Below are positions 1 to 13,200 of a stretch of 64,000 bases of DNA, one piece after another (positions within the stretch are counted from its first letter, which is position 1; each line of letters starts with the position of its first letter). The notes below the pieces were generated by a model. That model was not told where the DNA came from. It did no database searches and saw only the letters and a list, made by a program, of their open reading frames with translations. The translations under genes and the position numbers were made by a program. The stretch comes from Octopus sinensis (lineage: Eukaryota): positions 66,278,001 to 66,342,000 of the forward strand of contig NC_043005.1 of assembly GCF_006345805.1 (NCBI RefSeq), in the 5' to 3' direction.

Positions 1-440
1 CATACAAGCAAGCTAATGCAAGCATATATATGTGTGTGTATATGAAATTACGTCAGTTGTATTTATGACGTAACAACAGTCTTTCCGTCTTTCCAATTCA
101 GTTTTTTTGGTGTTTTCGCAATTTACGCTGCAAAGGAAATTTATTTCAGTCAATCACCCACACTCAATAAACCAACTAGTATACATGCACAAATGCACAC
201 ACAGACACATATAGATGCGCACACAAACACACATCTACGCATTCATTCATTCATATCCAGACACTTACGTACATAGTCAAATATTTATGCACACACAAAC
301 CGATGACTAAAAACATCGACATTAAAAGACGCATAAGATTTGATGCTGTTGAATTTGTCCCACTTTATATGAATTATCTTGTAACCCATTCTGCACGAAC
401 TCTGAATTATTCTATAAGGAGTGGAGTCGTTCTCTCTCAG

Positions 441-486
<46 letters not shown>

Positions 487-599
487 AATTCGAAAGTTCC
501 TTCTATGGTTTTCTTCGCCTCATGATGCTCGACTAACGTTTTCATGTTCATAAATTCTGATGATCAATTTTATTTTTTCGTTTTGCGCTTTGATTTTCC

Positions 600-1420
600 C
601 ATACATTTCAGGGAATTCAGGAAACAGCCGACAGATTAGCCGCAGCAGCTCGTGCATTTAGACTGACTATCAGCATCAAGAAGACTGGAATTTTATCACA
701 GCCAAAACCTGAGGCAGAAAAGACTCAAGATTGAAATGTGATGATTGTCAGAAGAGGCACTCAAATGGGTCAGGTCATTTAAATATCTTGTAAGTATAGT
801 AAACTTTAAGAGTACTCTTGATGATGAAGCCAATGTTAGAATGTCTAAGTCCGCAAACGCTTTTGAAAAACATAACCCTCGTTTGTGAGATAAACACGAT
901 GTCAGTCTGAAAACTAAAATAAGTACACAACTTTCGTATTTTGAACATACTTTTGTATGGGACAGAAGTATGAACTCCTTACTATTGATATATAAAGAAA
1001 CTTGAAACTTTTTACAGTTGCTGTCTGTGCAATATTTGTAATATAAAATGACAAGATAAGATATCAAATGTCAAAATCTTAGAAAAATGTGATATCTCCA
1101 GTATAAAGAGCATGCTGCTGAGGATTCAGTTCCAATGGGTAAGACATGTTATTCGAATGAAAGATGACCCCATTCAGAAAATTCTTTTGTATGGCCAAGT
1201 GACATCGTGGTAAAGGAAAACCCGTCCTTAGACAGAAGGATAAAATGAAGCAATCGCTAAAGTCTTTACATTTTAATTTGACATCTTGGGAGAGTCATTA
1301 CTTAGATCGATCAGCATGCCGTAAAATGTGGCATGGTACATCTAAACAATTTGAGTTGAAGAAACACAACAATAAAAGGATCAACAGACGCATTTGTGCA
1401 ATCTCAGACAAAATCAAAAT
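600..1420 (+). mobile_element. Degenerate RTE-clade LINE, C-terminal RT region
   Basis: Frameshifted translation gives LTISIKKT..., FKYL.S, TLDDEANVRMSKSANAF, KHDVSLKTKI and QWVRHVIRMKDDPIQKILLYGQV. These match the RTE RT tail (LRWAGHVxRMxDxRxPKxLLYGEL). Many stops. Confidence 0.8.
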
Positions 1421-1946
1421 CCTCAATGTCCCCAGTTTGACTTCATGGCAAAATTCATTTTTGGACTAAAATTACATTCGCAAATAGATGCAATCCATCG
1501 CAAATAGATGCAGCAGCTTTTTTTGGGTTTTATTTTAAAAGTTGTTTTTTCTCTGTCCCACCTTTCCCCATCTCCTTCAAATACGTGGAAATGGACGACA
1601 GTGACATCATATATGTACAAATAGACACACACACACACACACATGTAGGACGCCATGTGTCATCAATATATATGTATTTGAATTTACACTTTACTGTTAA
1701 TGATTCTACCACAAATATCCCACTGTATTCTAATATTACCTTTCATATACAACTTACTGAAAGGTTTCTTGTATACAACTTTAATCTACTTCCTTATTAC
1801 ATTTGCATGAATTTCTTGATTTATGCAGATAAAAAAAAACAGATATAATTTGAAACAAAAGATTGAAAGTGCAAATGGCCAAGATCTGTTGGTGCCTATT
1901 CAGATCCATACGAGAAATAGTGTTCCACTGAACCTTTTGCAATGTA

Positions 1947-2513
1947 TTGGGTTGTCCGGAAAGTTCGTGCCGAATTTTAAAGGAAAGAAAAAGGTCACTA
2001 AATACTTGCCATTACATTTTTAATCAACCAAATATGAACCATTTTGTTGCACAATGCATCTCCATCTTTCCTTTAACTTGGAAATATCCTCTTCCCAGAA
2101 TTGAGGTGGTTTCATGGCAAAGAATTCATCAAGGCATCTTTTTACGTCATCCAATGAATTGACATTTTTACCATTAAGACTATTTTGCAGAGACCTGAAT
2201 AAGTGGAAATCTGAAGAAGCAATATCTGGTGAATAGGGAGGGTGGGGGTAACACATCCCAGCCGAACTGCAGCAATTTTTGTCTGGTTCCCAAAGCAGCA
2301 AGTGCTGAAAATGGACTTTCTTATCTTCCATTTTAAAAGGTTACAGAATTAACACAGGTTATAGGAACATAAACCTTCTTCCATGAAAAGATAGCTTAAA
2401 CCGTGCTCTATATGGAGGTGTAGCCAAATCCTTTTTTATGGACTGAACCATTTGCTAAAATAAGTCGAAAGTTTAGCTACTATAAATCAGTACGAACTTT
2501 CCGGACAACCCAA
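1947..2513 (-). mobile_element. Internally deleted mariner (567 bp) with intact TIRs
   Basis: Perfect 22-bp TIRs: TTGGGTTGTCCGGAAAGTTCGT (1947-1968) and its reverse complement (2492-2513). Both ends are flanked by TA. ORF 2020-2331 contains HPPYSPDIASSDFHLFRSLQNSL, the mariner YSPDLAPSDY motif. Confidence 0.92.
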
Positions 2514-2994
2514 TATAACATATATCATGTCTATTTGCAATATATATCATGTATACTTGTACCTTTTGTACGGAACATGTCAAATATGTTACAAATAGGC
2601 TGCTTTTTGCATAAAGTAAACCTACAATCCCCTGAAAATCTTTAGAAAATATATGTAACTTGTTTGCAGCAGCAATCAGCCACTTGTAAATGAGCATATA
2701 TTTTGGTAGTTTTGAATACATTTACACATACAGTGTTTGCGAAACTGGGTAAAGCGTTTACTGTAGAAAGTAACTCAACATAGAATATCGAGTGAATCAT
2801 TGACTGCAAAACCGTGTACTTATTAAGAGTAATGAAACCTGTGTAAGATTTAGGGAGTGGTGAATATAGTTTTATTGTTTGCCTGTTATTTATTTTGGTA
2901 TTTATATTTACATGCTCATATTTTCATTAGCAACTTTCGTCATATACATTTTACAACTATAACTTCGTCATAAATGACGGGTTGAGAACTCTGG

Positions 2995-3058
2995 TTTGTG
3001 TGTGTGTGTATGTATGTGTGTGTGTATGCGTGCGTGTATATATGTTTACATATATGTA

Positions 3059-3098
<40 letters not shown>

Positions 3099-3121
3099 AG
3101 TGTGTATTTTTGTATATATTT

Positions 3122-3152
<31 letters not shown>

Positions 3153-3305
3153 GTGTATATATATGTATATATAATATATATATACATATATAAGTGTGTA
3201 TTTTTTGTATATATTTTATGTGTATATATATGTATATATGTGTGTACATACACACATATACATATATATACACACATATATATATATACATATATATTTG
3301 CGCAT

Positions 3306-3337
<32 letters not shown>

Positions 3338-3350
3338 TATAATATATATT
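2995..3350. repeat. Compound (TG)n/(TA)n/(CA)n microsatellite
   Basis: Directly visible. Accounts for the overlapping low-complexity ORFs. Confidence 0.95.
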
Positions 3351-3946
3351 ATGAGTTAGGTCACAAGAATACTTGTAATAAGCCTACATTCATCCCAGTT
3401 ACATTTCACTCCAGGATCTCTCTCTAGGGAAGGTGAATGAGAGTGTATTAAAAGCTGGAATGTGAAATATTCTATATTTATTGACACATACGCTGCCTCG
3501 GTGCTTTAATTACTGAATGCACATTGCTAAATAATGTGCTACTAGGCAAATTTTCATAATCGGCATCTGTGATTCATTACATTTTCAGAAGTAGTTCTAA
3601 CCTGCTTCTAACATTTGAGAACAACCCCGAATGGACATTCGAAACTAGTCGGATTGTTTTTAATTTTTCTGAATAAAAGCAAAATCTTCGGTTTGACCCC
3701 AGTATTTAATTAGACAGCTAGACTGATGTGTATGTATTAAACACGTGCAGTTTGGTTCATTTCTTGTGAGAGAGGTGATATCAATGCAGTAATTAATGAA
3801 TCAACCAATATTTCAGGGAGCGGCCTGGTGAGATTAAGAAAATGTAGCCTCAGTAGGGACTCCAATATGGTTAGTGTAGTTGGGGGTACTTCTTGGGGGT
3901 TCATAGCCATCCTCTTATACTGGTAAATTTTACTGAATGATGAAAA

Positions 3947-4131
3947 TCAACTGAATGTGAAGCAAAATGCAAGGAACCAAAAAGACAATACTTTTGTTTG
4001 GTTGTCGAACGGTGCCTGATCCAAGGGGTTGTTGGGCATGGCAGCATATACTGGTCTTACGTCTACATGGGTGTCCGGAGCGGAACGAAAATTGCGGAGG
4101 ATGGTTACACTTTGACCTTTGCCATTTGTGT
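3947..4131 (-). CDS. Candidate terminal or long coding exon of the microexon gene (DTNGKGQSVTILRNFRSAPDTHVDVRPVYAAMPNNPLDQAPFDNQTKVLSFWFLAFCFTFS*)
   Basis: Acceptor ...ttaactcatatcaatag at 4132-4134. Phase-1 start, open for 60 codons to TGA at 3949-3947, in frame with the upstream phase-1 microexons. AATAAA on minus at 3477-3482. Internal GT donors at 4060 and 3991 are alternatives. Confidence 0.45.
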
Positions 4132-4321
4132 CTATTGATATGAGTTAATTAACAAGAGAAAAATAATACTTTTAGCAGTGTCCAACATTGTAAATCACAA
4201 AAGTCTGGCATTTTATAACGACACTTAAACAACAAAAACTCATGGTATATTATATTTAAGTAAGCAATAACCATGACATGCAAATGTGCTGTACTTATGA
4301 GTGTGCTCTCTATATACATAC

Positions 4322-4354
4322 CGGCGGTCGCGGAGGTCGCACCCGAGGTGGCAG
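4322..4354 (-). CDS. Candidate 33-nt phase-1 microexon (AATSGATSATA)
   Basis: gtctactttctatatttcag|CTGCCACCTCGGGTGCGACCTCCGCGACCGCCG|gtatgt. GC-rich island in AT-rich DNA; length divisible by 3. Confidence 0.6.
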
Positions 4355-6325
4355 CTGAAATATAGAAAGTAGACAAGTTATTTATTATTGAAATCAAGAT
4401 TACTGATTTGAGTGATTACATTTAGAGACATGAGGACTGACATCTATAGTAAATGAGGAATTACCATAATTTTGTTGATATTGGTTTATTGTATTGACAG
4501 AAAAGACCACGAAAAGGAATCGTACGGAGTGCATGTTTTAAGACATTGTCACTCTTTGAATGAAGGAGCTTGCATTGCAGGTTTGAATTCAGTTCCTAAT
4601 GTTACTGTTAAGAAAAGTCGAGCAAGATCCTACCTTGAATCACGATATACCTATTTCTTTACTACCCGCATAGGGCTAAACACAGAGGGGACAAACAAGG
4701 GCAAACAAACGGATTACGTGTCAACTGCATGTAAAAGGAAAATTGTCCAAGAGAATTCACGACATAAACTCTTGTTGACTACTAAACAAATTTGAGCTAC
4801 AAAACAAGTTTTCATTACATAAGAGACAGAAGAAAAATTTGACCATAATCTATTATTGATGTAGACCACTGCAACTGTCTAAGAAGTCTGACATAAATTT
4901 TTACAATTTGAAATATGAACCCTTGCAGATTCGCAAAATCGACTAAAGAACGTTTTGGTGTTAAAGGTGACAATATTCACATGATTTAGATGGAAACTTG
5001 AAAAAATCTCTATATCTTGCTCTATGGAAGTCACTTAAAAGGAAAATGTCCCAATGTCATAATGTTTGGTGGATATATATGAAAAATAGTGTCTCGCTTC
5101 TGGGTTGCAAAATCTTGCTATGTGTTTCTGGTGGATGGAGTAAATATCTCTAAAGAAAGGTGTAAGAGAAATCTCGAAAACTGAAAACAGCTTAAGAGTA
5201 AAATATCTAACAGCGACAGCTCGGGCAGTGTCAGAAGAGAAAACTTTGTTGGTCTTAATGTATGTTTGGTAACATTGAGAAACCGACTGTGAAATCCTTG
5301 ATCTTACTGAAAGTCGTTTCGGTAATATTTCTTACTGTGTGAAAATGTATGTTAGTTGTCTTTGTGCAGCCCAAGGTCAGAGGTGATTGGACAAACGTGT
5401 AGACAAAAGCTAAATGAATAACACGCAAAGCTGTTAATTCACTTTGAAAGTATAGTTCATGAGGTGCCAAATCTTTTATCGTACAGGTATAGCCAGTGTC
5501 ATTGCACAAAGTGAATTTAAAGTGACTTTAACAGGTTTGTAGGTTATTAGATGGTTTGATGGTTCTTTTACAATGTAGATGCTTCAGTTTCCACACATGA
5601 TCAAGTCTCTTGCTAGACAATTACAACTCTAAAAGAAGAAAGAAATTATAAAAAATCGTAGATTCAAATGGAAACCATCCAATAATTCCGGAAGTTATTT
5701 ACAAGAAAATGTATAATAATTTTCGTGTCAAGGATATCCTTCAAGACGAAAAAACACCTGATAACATGTGGCATTAAAACTGACACAGAAATAAAAATTG
5801 GTGAGTTAGAAATAGAACATTAAAAAAATAGAAGTAAATAAGGTGGATAATATGAAACTTGATCAATATTTCATATCGAATATATAATCTCTAACGCTAG
5901 CAGTATAGATGTGACACTAAGTGAAGACAGCGTTTGAAAATTATTGATTTCCTACATTGGGTCTTGGCCAAACACTTTAAGGGAAAAGTTATATTCGATT
6001 GATTCTATGTCGCATATGCCTGATACTAAGAGTTATGAAGTGAAATAATTGGTTGCCCAGGCAAAATTTGAACTCAGAATGTAGAAACTAAATAGAGTAC
6101 GTGTTAAGTCTGGTGCTCTAACGTTTCTACCATGCTATCAATTTGATTAGGAAATGCGACATACTAATACTGATGTTTAGACAATAAGGGCAACATGTGT
6201 GTGTTAGTAAGTCACTGCGACAGAAGAGAGGGAGACGATACCATAAATTGAGATGACACTGGTCACATACAATTACAGGAACTTCCTGTAATTTGAACTC
6301 AGAACGTAGCGGCAGACGAAAAACC

Positions 6326-6559
6326 TATTTCTTTACTACCCACAAGGGGCTAAACACAGAGTGAACGATCAGGGACAGACAAACGGATTAAGTCGATTAG
6401 ATCGTCCCCAGTGCATAACTGGTACTTATTTAATCGACCTCGAAAGGATGAAAGGCAAAGTCGACCTCGGTGGAATTTGAACTCAAAACGTAACGGCAGA
6501 CGAAATGCGGCTACGCATTTCGCCCGGCGTGCTAACGTTCCTGCCAGCTCGCCGCCTTA
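6326..6559 (-). mobile_element. tRNA-derived SINE family A (head GGCGGCGAGCTGGCAG), inserted in an older relic of the same family
   Basis: Matches copies at 20536-20765 and 59351-59582. The preceding 6290-6325 is a fragment of the same family. Confidence 0.85.
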
Positions 6560-7226
6560 GACTTACCAAAAAATTGGCAAGCATTTCTCATAAGTCAGTG
6601 ATAATTATTATATTATCTCTATGCCAAATGTGAATGCGGAATCCGTCTTCTGAAACTCAGCAGTTACTCCACTTTATGCAAGTTGTTATAGTTAACGCTA
6701 TGACGGCTTCTGCTGTGTATATTAAACCTCACATACGGATTAATGACACATACATTGCTTGTTGCCGATAGGCGCGGTAGAAACAAGCTGAAATGATTTA
6801 GTAATCTCATGTATCAAATATTATATCAAGCAATATAATCTACTTGTATATGTGTGTATATGTCCGTCTTTGTGCAGGTGCTAGTGTTGTGGATGGGGAT
6901 TATTTCTCTAAGGCATATTAGTTCGCAAACAACTACAACCAGAGAAGGTATCATAACAAATTTGAATGCGACAAAAAGGGGGGGGGGGGGGAACAACAAC
7001 AGATGGAGAGGTGCGAAAATAAGATACAGCTTTACAAAAATAAACTTATTGATAAATGAAGAACAAATCAAATGTTTAAAATGACAAAAAATGCAAGGCG
7101 TGTGATATAAATGACAAATAATAAATAATAGCCACCAAATTGTTGTTTACGACAAAGAGTCAGACCTGAAGACATTAACATGGAAAAGGTAAGCAGAATA
7201 TCTATTATATAAGCGGAAGCACTTAC

Positions 7227-7253
7227 CGGGGGTGTTCCTTTCCCTCTGCGTGG
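7227..7253 (-). CDS. Candidate 27-nt phase-1 microexon (xTQRERNTP)
   Basis: gttttatattttttgcag|CCACGCAGAGGGAAAGGAACACCCCCG|gtaagt. Paralog of 8670-8696. Confidence 0.6.
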
Positions 7254-7354
7254 CTGCAAAAAATATAAAACATAGTTATATGGTTATACCTACTGCACAC
7301 ACAAACACACACACACACACATACATACATACATACATACATACTACACACACA

Positions 7355-7429
<75 letters not shown>

Positions 7430-7579
7430 ATATATATAATTAGCATTAAAATTATAATTTAGGGTATCCAAGAGATACCTACACGCTGGAAATAGCAGCC
7501 AAAACTTTACTCTAAAACCACATTAAATGTTCATACAGCACTAGCAAGTCAAGATAAACTAGCAAAAAATCATTGGATA

Positions 7580-7637
7580 ATTCCAGATCCTGGATTTCTG
7601 ACTTTGCATAAGAAATGCTTTGCCTCATCAGTGGAAT
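7580..7637 (-). ncRNA. Type I hammerhead ribozyme motif with one extra A before GAAA
   Basis: ATTCCA-CTGATGA-GGC AAA GCAT ttctt ATGC AAA GTC-A-GAAA-TCC a GGA-TC-TGGAAT. 6-bp stem I, intact core, near-palindromic stem III, AUC cleavage triplet. Confidence 0.7.
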
Positions 7638-8094
7638 ATACGCAGATAGTAACATAAATACACACACATATATATATATATATAACATACGAATACTTAC
7701 CTATACGAACGTATACATACATATATATGCACGTATGCACACGACCATGCTGGCCACTTGATAAGATCGATAATTAAATTAATATATGTATATATATATA
7801 TAAGAACAGCTGTTTGCAGTGTTTTACCAAAAAGGAGAATTAAAAATGTCGTTAAATATGACTAGGGTGTTCAATACTTGAAAGAAAGAGAATCCCATAG
7901 CTCCTGTTATATTCTCATTTAATCATAACTAATTCATTTGTTTGGGAAACACATTACAGTACTTACAGTACACAACAAAATGTGAGACGGATCCGCCTGT
8001 AGAAGTAATCGATTTATCTCCCTTTTGGATATGACACTCGTATTATACTTTTTAAAAGTTTTGAACACTCGAAGCCATCTCAATAATGGAAAAG

Positions 8095-8290
8095 TGTTAA
8101 TTGCACCATGTTGATTCGCGCCGGATATCGGAATGTCGATATAATGGCTACTTTTCAGTGCATTGTGAACACTGTAAAGATGTGAGTGGGATAGCCGTGG
8201 TCAGCAGGAGGGATACAACACGTGTTCTGACTGTGTCTGCACGTCGAAGTTCATCCAACAACTGCAGGACAGGGCCTTAGCGTTATAGGA
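8095..8290 (+). mobile_element. Tc1/mariner-superfamily transposase N-terminal relic
   Basis: Translation MLIRAGYRNVDIMATFQC...NTCSDCVCTSKFIQQLQD resembles an HTH transposase N-terminus. Degenerate. Confidence 0.4.
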
Positions 8291-8669
8291 CGCCTATGTA
8301 ACGCTGCTCGGAGCTGTGTGTGGTTGTACTTGTGTGTGTTCATTTTTGTACGGGCGTTGCTGTTGTGCATCAGGATGTGATCATTACAGAAACATCATAA
8401 AGTACTATTTTTAATTTCTCTCCCATAAACAAGAATCAAGATCAGATTGAAAGGTGTGAGAAGAATAGACGGCTTTATAAAAAGACAAAACAAATAAGTG
8501 TGATCGAATGTTTGAAATTACTAGAATTGGAAAAAAATGTTACATCAATAACATGTAACTGCGATTATGCATGTTGTTTACAAACCAAAAGCAGGATTTA
8601 AGTGATTCCAACGTAAAAGAACTTCACAGCAGTTCAGCAGAATATCTATTATATAAAAGAAGTACTTAC

Positions 8670-8696
8670 TGGTGGTGTTCCTTTCCCTGTCAGTTG
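8670..8696 (-). CDS. Candidate 27-nt phase-1 microexon (xTDRERNTT)
   Basis: gtctgcatttatattttttacag|CAACTGACAGGGAAAGGAACACCACCA|gtaagt. Paralog of 7227-7253. Confidence 0.6.
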
Positions 8697-8885
8697 CTGT
8701 AAAAAATATAAATGCAGACATATTAATTATATAGATAAATGTGCACACATACATTTCTACCTTGCTAAGCATAAGTTTAATAATGTAGTATGAAATAAGA
8801 ATATTTTAGTTATATATAACACACTGGAAAGATATTGTAGATATGCATGAAACAAACCCAATTCATAATAATAGATTTGACTCAC

Positions 8886-8897
8886 CGTGGGTCCTTG
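8886..8897 (-). CDS. Candidate 12-nt phase-1 microexon (xRTH)
   Basis: ttacttttttatgcgtacgctacag|CAAGGACCCACG|gtgagt. Consensus donor; TGC in the pyrimidine tract. Confidence 0.5.
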
Positions 8898-9563
8898 CTG
8901 TAGCGTACGCATAAAAAAGTAAACACGAATGGCGTTTAATATTTATGAGGAGCGTAAATGGTAGTTCAAGGACTGGAAATTGTAAATGGCAAATGACGAA
9001 ACATCAAACAAATATAGGTATCCGAGAATGATGTTAAAGCATAATTTACACACGGAGGTAAATAATATTCAAATGGTAGAGAAATGATACGAGGTTACTA
9101 ACTAAATTACTAAGTAGAGGTTTAAATACTATGATACGCAAAGTATTTTAGCTAAATGGTTTAAAGCATAAAAAATAGTTTGTAGTGCAGTGCGAGCCTT
9201 TTATCGTAGGTTCATGCTCGCACAGCATTGAAAACTGTTTTTCATACCAGTCAGGTAAAAGTGCTTTGCATGTTATATTATTTAAGCCTCTGCTTTGCAA
9301 TTTGTTTAGCAACGTTGTCTTATTTCTGTACCGTTTGAATATCATTTACCGCTTTAAATAATGTATGGTTTAACATCATCATCATTCTCGACATTACGTC
9401 ACTTGGTATTTAACTTGCTCCGTCCATCGATTAACACAAAACCTTATGTTGTTTATTCGCCCTAGTTATGCAATCCTTTGATGTGATATTTTCAGAAACA
9501 CTTATGACCAAACCACTAGTGAAATATTTGATCACTCAGTGAATCGCCTTCATGTAGTCATTC

Positions 9564-9822
<259 letters not shown>

Positions 9823-10400
9823 TTTCTATAAGTATATAGAGGCTTATATATGCACGTGCGGGTGAGTATTTGTATATGTGTGTATAAATATGTATACCAT
9901 ATGTTTGTGTGTGTGCATGTGTGTGTATATTACGGCAGTTTAGATATTTTTATATGTACTGTGATTTTTACGTATTTGTGTGCGTATATGTATAGCTATT
10001 GTGTGTATATATGTGTAAAAAAGGATGAACGTCATTGCTAGTTTGATGTTCGCCGTCGAAGTCACTGTTTTGAATATCTTCTTAACTAAGAATGAGTTCT
10101 AATCCTCCTGTTAATTCGAATGTAGAATTAATAATTCCCTTGTCCAGTAAATGACTGCTATGTCCAGGTCAATGTTTAAAATCTTATCAGTTTAAAATTT
10201 TACTTCAAAATGCTGGATCGGTATATCAAGATGTAATCATTTAATCTTTTATGATTGCATTAAAAGAAATGCTACCGAAGCAGCTGTCGTAGTATTATGT
10301 GCCATCTGCATTTACTGTTATGTATATATATATATATATAGATATATATATATATATGTTTTGTGTGTGCATATACATATATGTACATATATATATATAG

Positions 10401-10431
<31 letters not shown>

Positions 10432-10529
10432 ATACATGCATAATATATATACATATACATATCAATACATCTATATATGTATATATATACATATCAATAC
10501 ATCTATATATGTATATATATACATATACT

Positions 10530-10562
<33 letters not shown>

Positions 10563-10948
10563 CTATATATATATATCGTAAAGTATATTTGCCACCTAAG
10601 TGTGGGACTATGCTACGATACTATATAGCCCCAGGAAGACATCTCCTCCAACTGGCTAACGACACACTGTCTGTGCCTGATCAGTATTAGCGAAGGGAAA
10701 TCATCGTTCCCATCGCTAGCGTTACGTGTTACACACGGACCCGGGTTTCTGAATAGTAACCCGTCATCGGCGTGTTACAATCGCCGGCTAGAGATGAGAA
10801 GTAATTCCGAACGCAAAATACTATAAGCTTTTTCCAGTGACAAACCGTCACTGATCTCGAAAAAAGAGAAACAAGCAATGATAAATCTCTGAGCGAGATA
10901 TGTAATGTATATAAATATATAGAAATATATATATATATATATATATTT

Positions 10949-11230
10949 CGTGACCGATCAGAACTTCAGATGTTGTTACACATCGCTGGTCACAATGCGT
11001 TCGCATTGTTTTAACCTTCGAATGACGCCACCCCGCTGGCTAAGCGAGCAGGCCAACAGAAGAAAGAGTGGTGAAAGAGTACAGCAGGGATCACCACACT
11101 CTGCCGTAGCCTCGTGGAGCTTTTTAGACGTTTTCGCTCAATAAACACTCACAACGCCCGGCCTGGGAATCGAAACCGCGATCCTACGACCGCGAGTCCG
11201 CTGCCCTAACCACTGGCCCATTGCGCTTCA
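10949..11230 (-). mobile_element. tRNA-derived SINE family C
   Basis: Minus-strand head GCGCAATGGGCCAGTGGTTAGGGCAGCGGACTCGCGGTCGTAGGATCGCGGTTTCGATTCCC has A- and B-box-like motifs. The 3' end recurs at 22125-22199. Confidence 0.85.
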
Positions 11231-11233
11231 CAC

Positions 11234-11279
<46 letters not shown>

Positions 11280-12305
11280 TACACACACACGTATATATAT
11301 ACACACACATATATATGAATGTATGTATATATGTATATATATATATATGTATATATACATATATATATTATTTATAATAAGATTAGCTCGTATACGAGTG
11401 GGTATATATTTGTAAAAAATGAAGTTTGAAAATGCTGCTATATATATATATGAGGAGTTTAGTTCACTGATGACCTAAACCAATAGGTAAAATGCGTAAC
11501 TGCTATCATAAGTCATCCGTTAGGTTCCAAGATCAGAGCTGAGGCCGGAGCTAGGGATCCGTAGAAGGCTTTCGAGCCAGCAGGTATATATTAAAGCAAA
11601 TGGGCAATAAAACCAAGGTAGGGTGAGTATCTTAGGTCATTTAGAATATGTAATTAGAATAAGGTGACTCAAAAATGTAGAAGTAGAAGTAATTACATAC
11701 ATACATATATACATACATGCATATATACATACATGCATACACACATACATGCATACATACACACGCACGCGCGCATACGTACATGCATTTATAGACACAT
11801 ATATGGAAAAATGCATGTGTACAAACATATGTACATATATCATGCACACACACATATATACATACACACGTAGAGGCGGAAACCGATGGTAATAAGGAGT
11901 TTATACGGTCTATTTGCTTGGGGCATATCCTGAATATGAGCCGATACATGAACGTTAAAATACCGAGGATGATAAGGCTAGGAGTGAAGGCGCTTTTCCT
12001 CCTTAAATGATGTGCCCATTGCAAAGCTGAACAAGACCCTACATACCACACTCTTTATTGGTACCATCCTACCCGTGTATTTTGCAAAGCATTATCTAGT
12101 GGTGGGAGAAGAGCCACGCAGAAGACATCAAAGGCGACAGGAAAATTATTTAGTTCAACAATTTAGGCCCAGATAGAAAAGAATTAGAAGCTTATAATAT
12201 CGGATAGTCTGATAGTGACATACGATATATATAGACACATTCATACACACATATATACACATACATACAAGCATATATACATACATATACACACACTCAC
12301 GCACG

Positions 12306-12352
<47 letters not shown>

Positions 12353-12639
12353 CACACACATTTCATTAAAAATCAAATCACAGAAGGCCTTGTGGAAGGA
12401 AATTATCGGGGTTTACTGGCCGTATTATTAATTTATTTTGCCATTTATTTAGCTGGTAAAAACAAGATAATTTAGTAATTACATTCAATGCACTCGACCT
12501 TTAAATGAGCACGTAAATTTGGAAAAAGACAGAAGGAAACCTGAGATATATAATTAACTTAACAGTAAATAGAATCAGTGTCGTACTAATATCAAAAATT
12601 ACATAATATGATGTCTCAGACGGTTTATCCTTAACTTCC

Positions 12640-13200
12640 GCCTAGTTATGTTTTGTAAACTGTAGACATGAAGCTATATCTCATTCCTGGTATCTACGCA
12701 ATCACTGGACATTCTTAAGGCTATTTAAAAGACCCTATTTTTCAAGCGAGTATACAGAACATTTTTTGATTCGTTAACATAAGGGTTCGTCTCAGAAAGG
12801 AACTTCTGTCTACTCTCGTCCATAAGTTTCTAGATTAATGCCGAGAGGATTGTTTTATATCTTTTCTCGGGGTATCTAAAGATTGAAATATGGTTGTTGA
12901 ATCTGGATTTAAATTTTACTCCCACGGATCCAATATAACGCTTGGTCTCTGACCAATGTCATAGTTTGCTGATACCCATCTTTCATAAACAACAGAGGAT
13001 ATATTGCATGCCGTAGAGGACATTTAGCTTTATCTCTGCATGTACATCTAGGGCAGGTCTGAGTTATAGGCTGTTTATTGATATTGGTCGTTACATTAAG
13101 GGAGCATGAATATGGATTTAAGCAGGTGCCTATTAAAAATCTATCTATACCTATGGTGCTGGGAAAGTGTTAATCTAATAAGGGTGTAGATCAAACACAA
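12640..13200 (-). mobile_element. Penelope-like element relic, GIY-YIG endonuclease region
   Basis: Frameshifted translation CTCRDKAKCPL...SSVVYE...KRYIGSVGVKFKSRFNNHISIFRYPEKRYKT. This is the CxC..CP..VVY..YIG..FK.R..H pattern of PLE endonucleases. Confidence 0.7.

Noticed and set aside
5255-5509. ORF with an FN3-like phrase (YTCTIKDLAPHELY)
   Set aside because: There is an in-frame stop just upstream, no usable acceptor, and the rest does not fit an FN3 fold.
6760-6793. 34-nt minus-strand AG..GT segment
   Set aside because: It is not a multiple of 3 and would break the phase-1 chain. Chance is likely.
7160-7200. CTGAAGA-CAT taac ATG-GAAA hammerhead-like core
   Set aside because: No stem III or stem I pairing.
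11150-11230. tRNA-like sequences at SINE heads
   Set aside because: No complete cloverleaf, and they continue into SINE bodies. Not tRNA genes.
11420-11470. CTGATGA-CCTA..TAGG-TAAA motif
   Set aside because: G12 is lost and there is no stem I. At best a very old relic.
11470-12150. Possible Tx1/L1 zinc-knuckle relic (CAHCKAEQDPTYH)
   Set aside because: A single weak motif, not enough to call.
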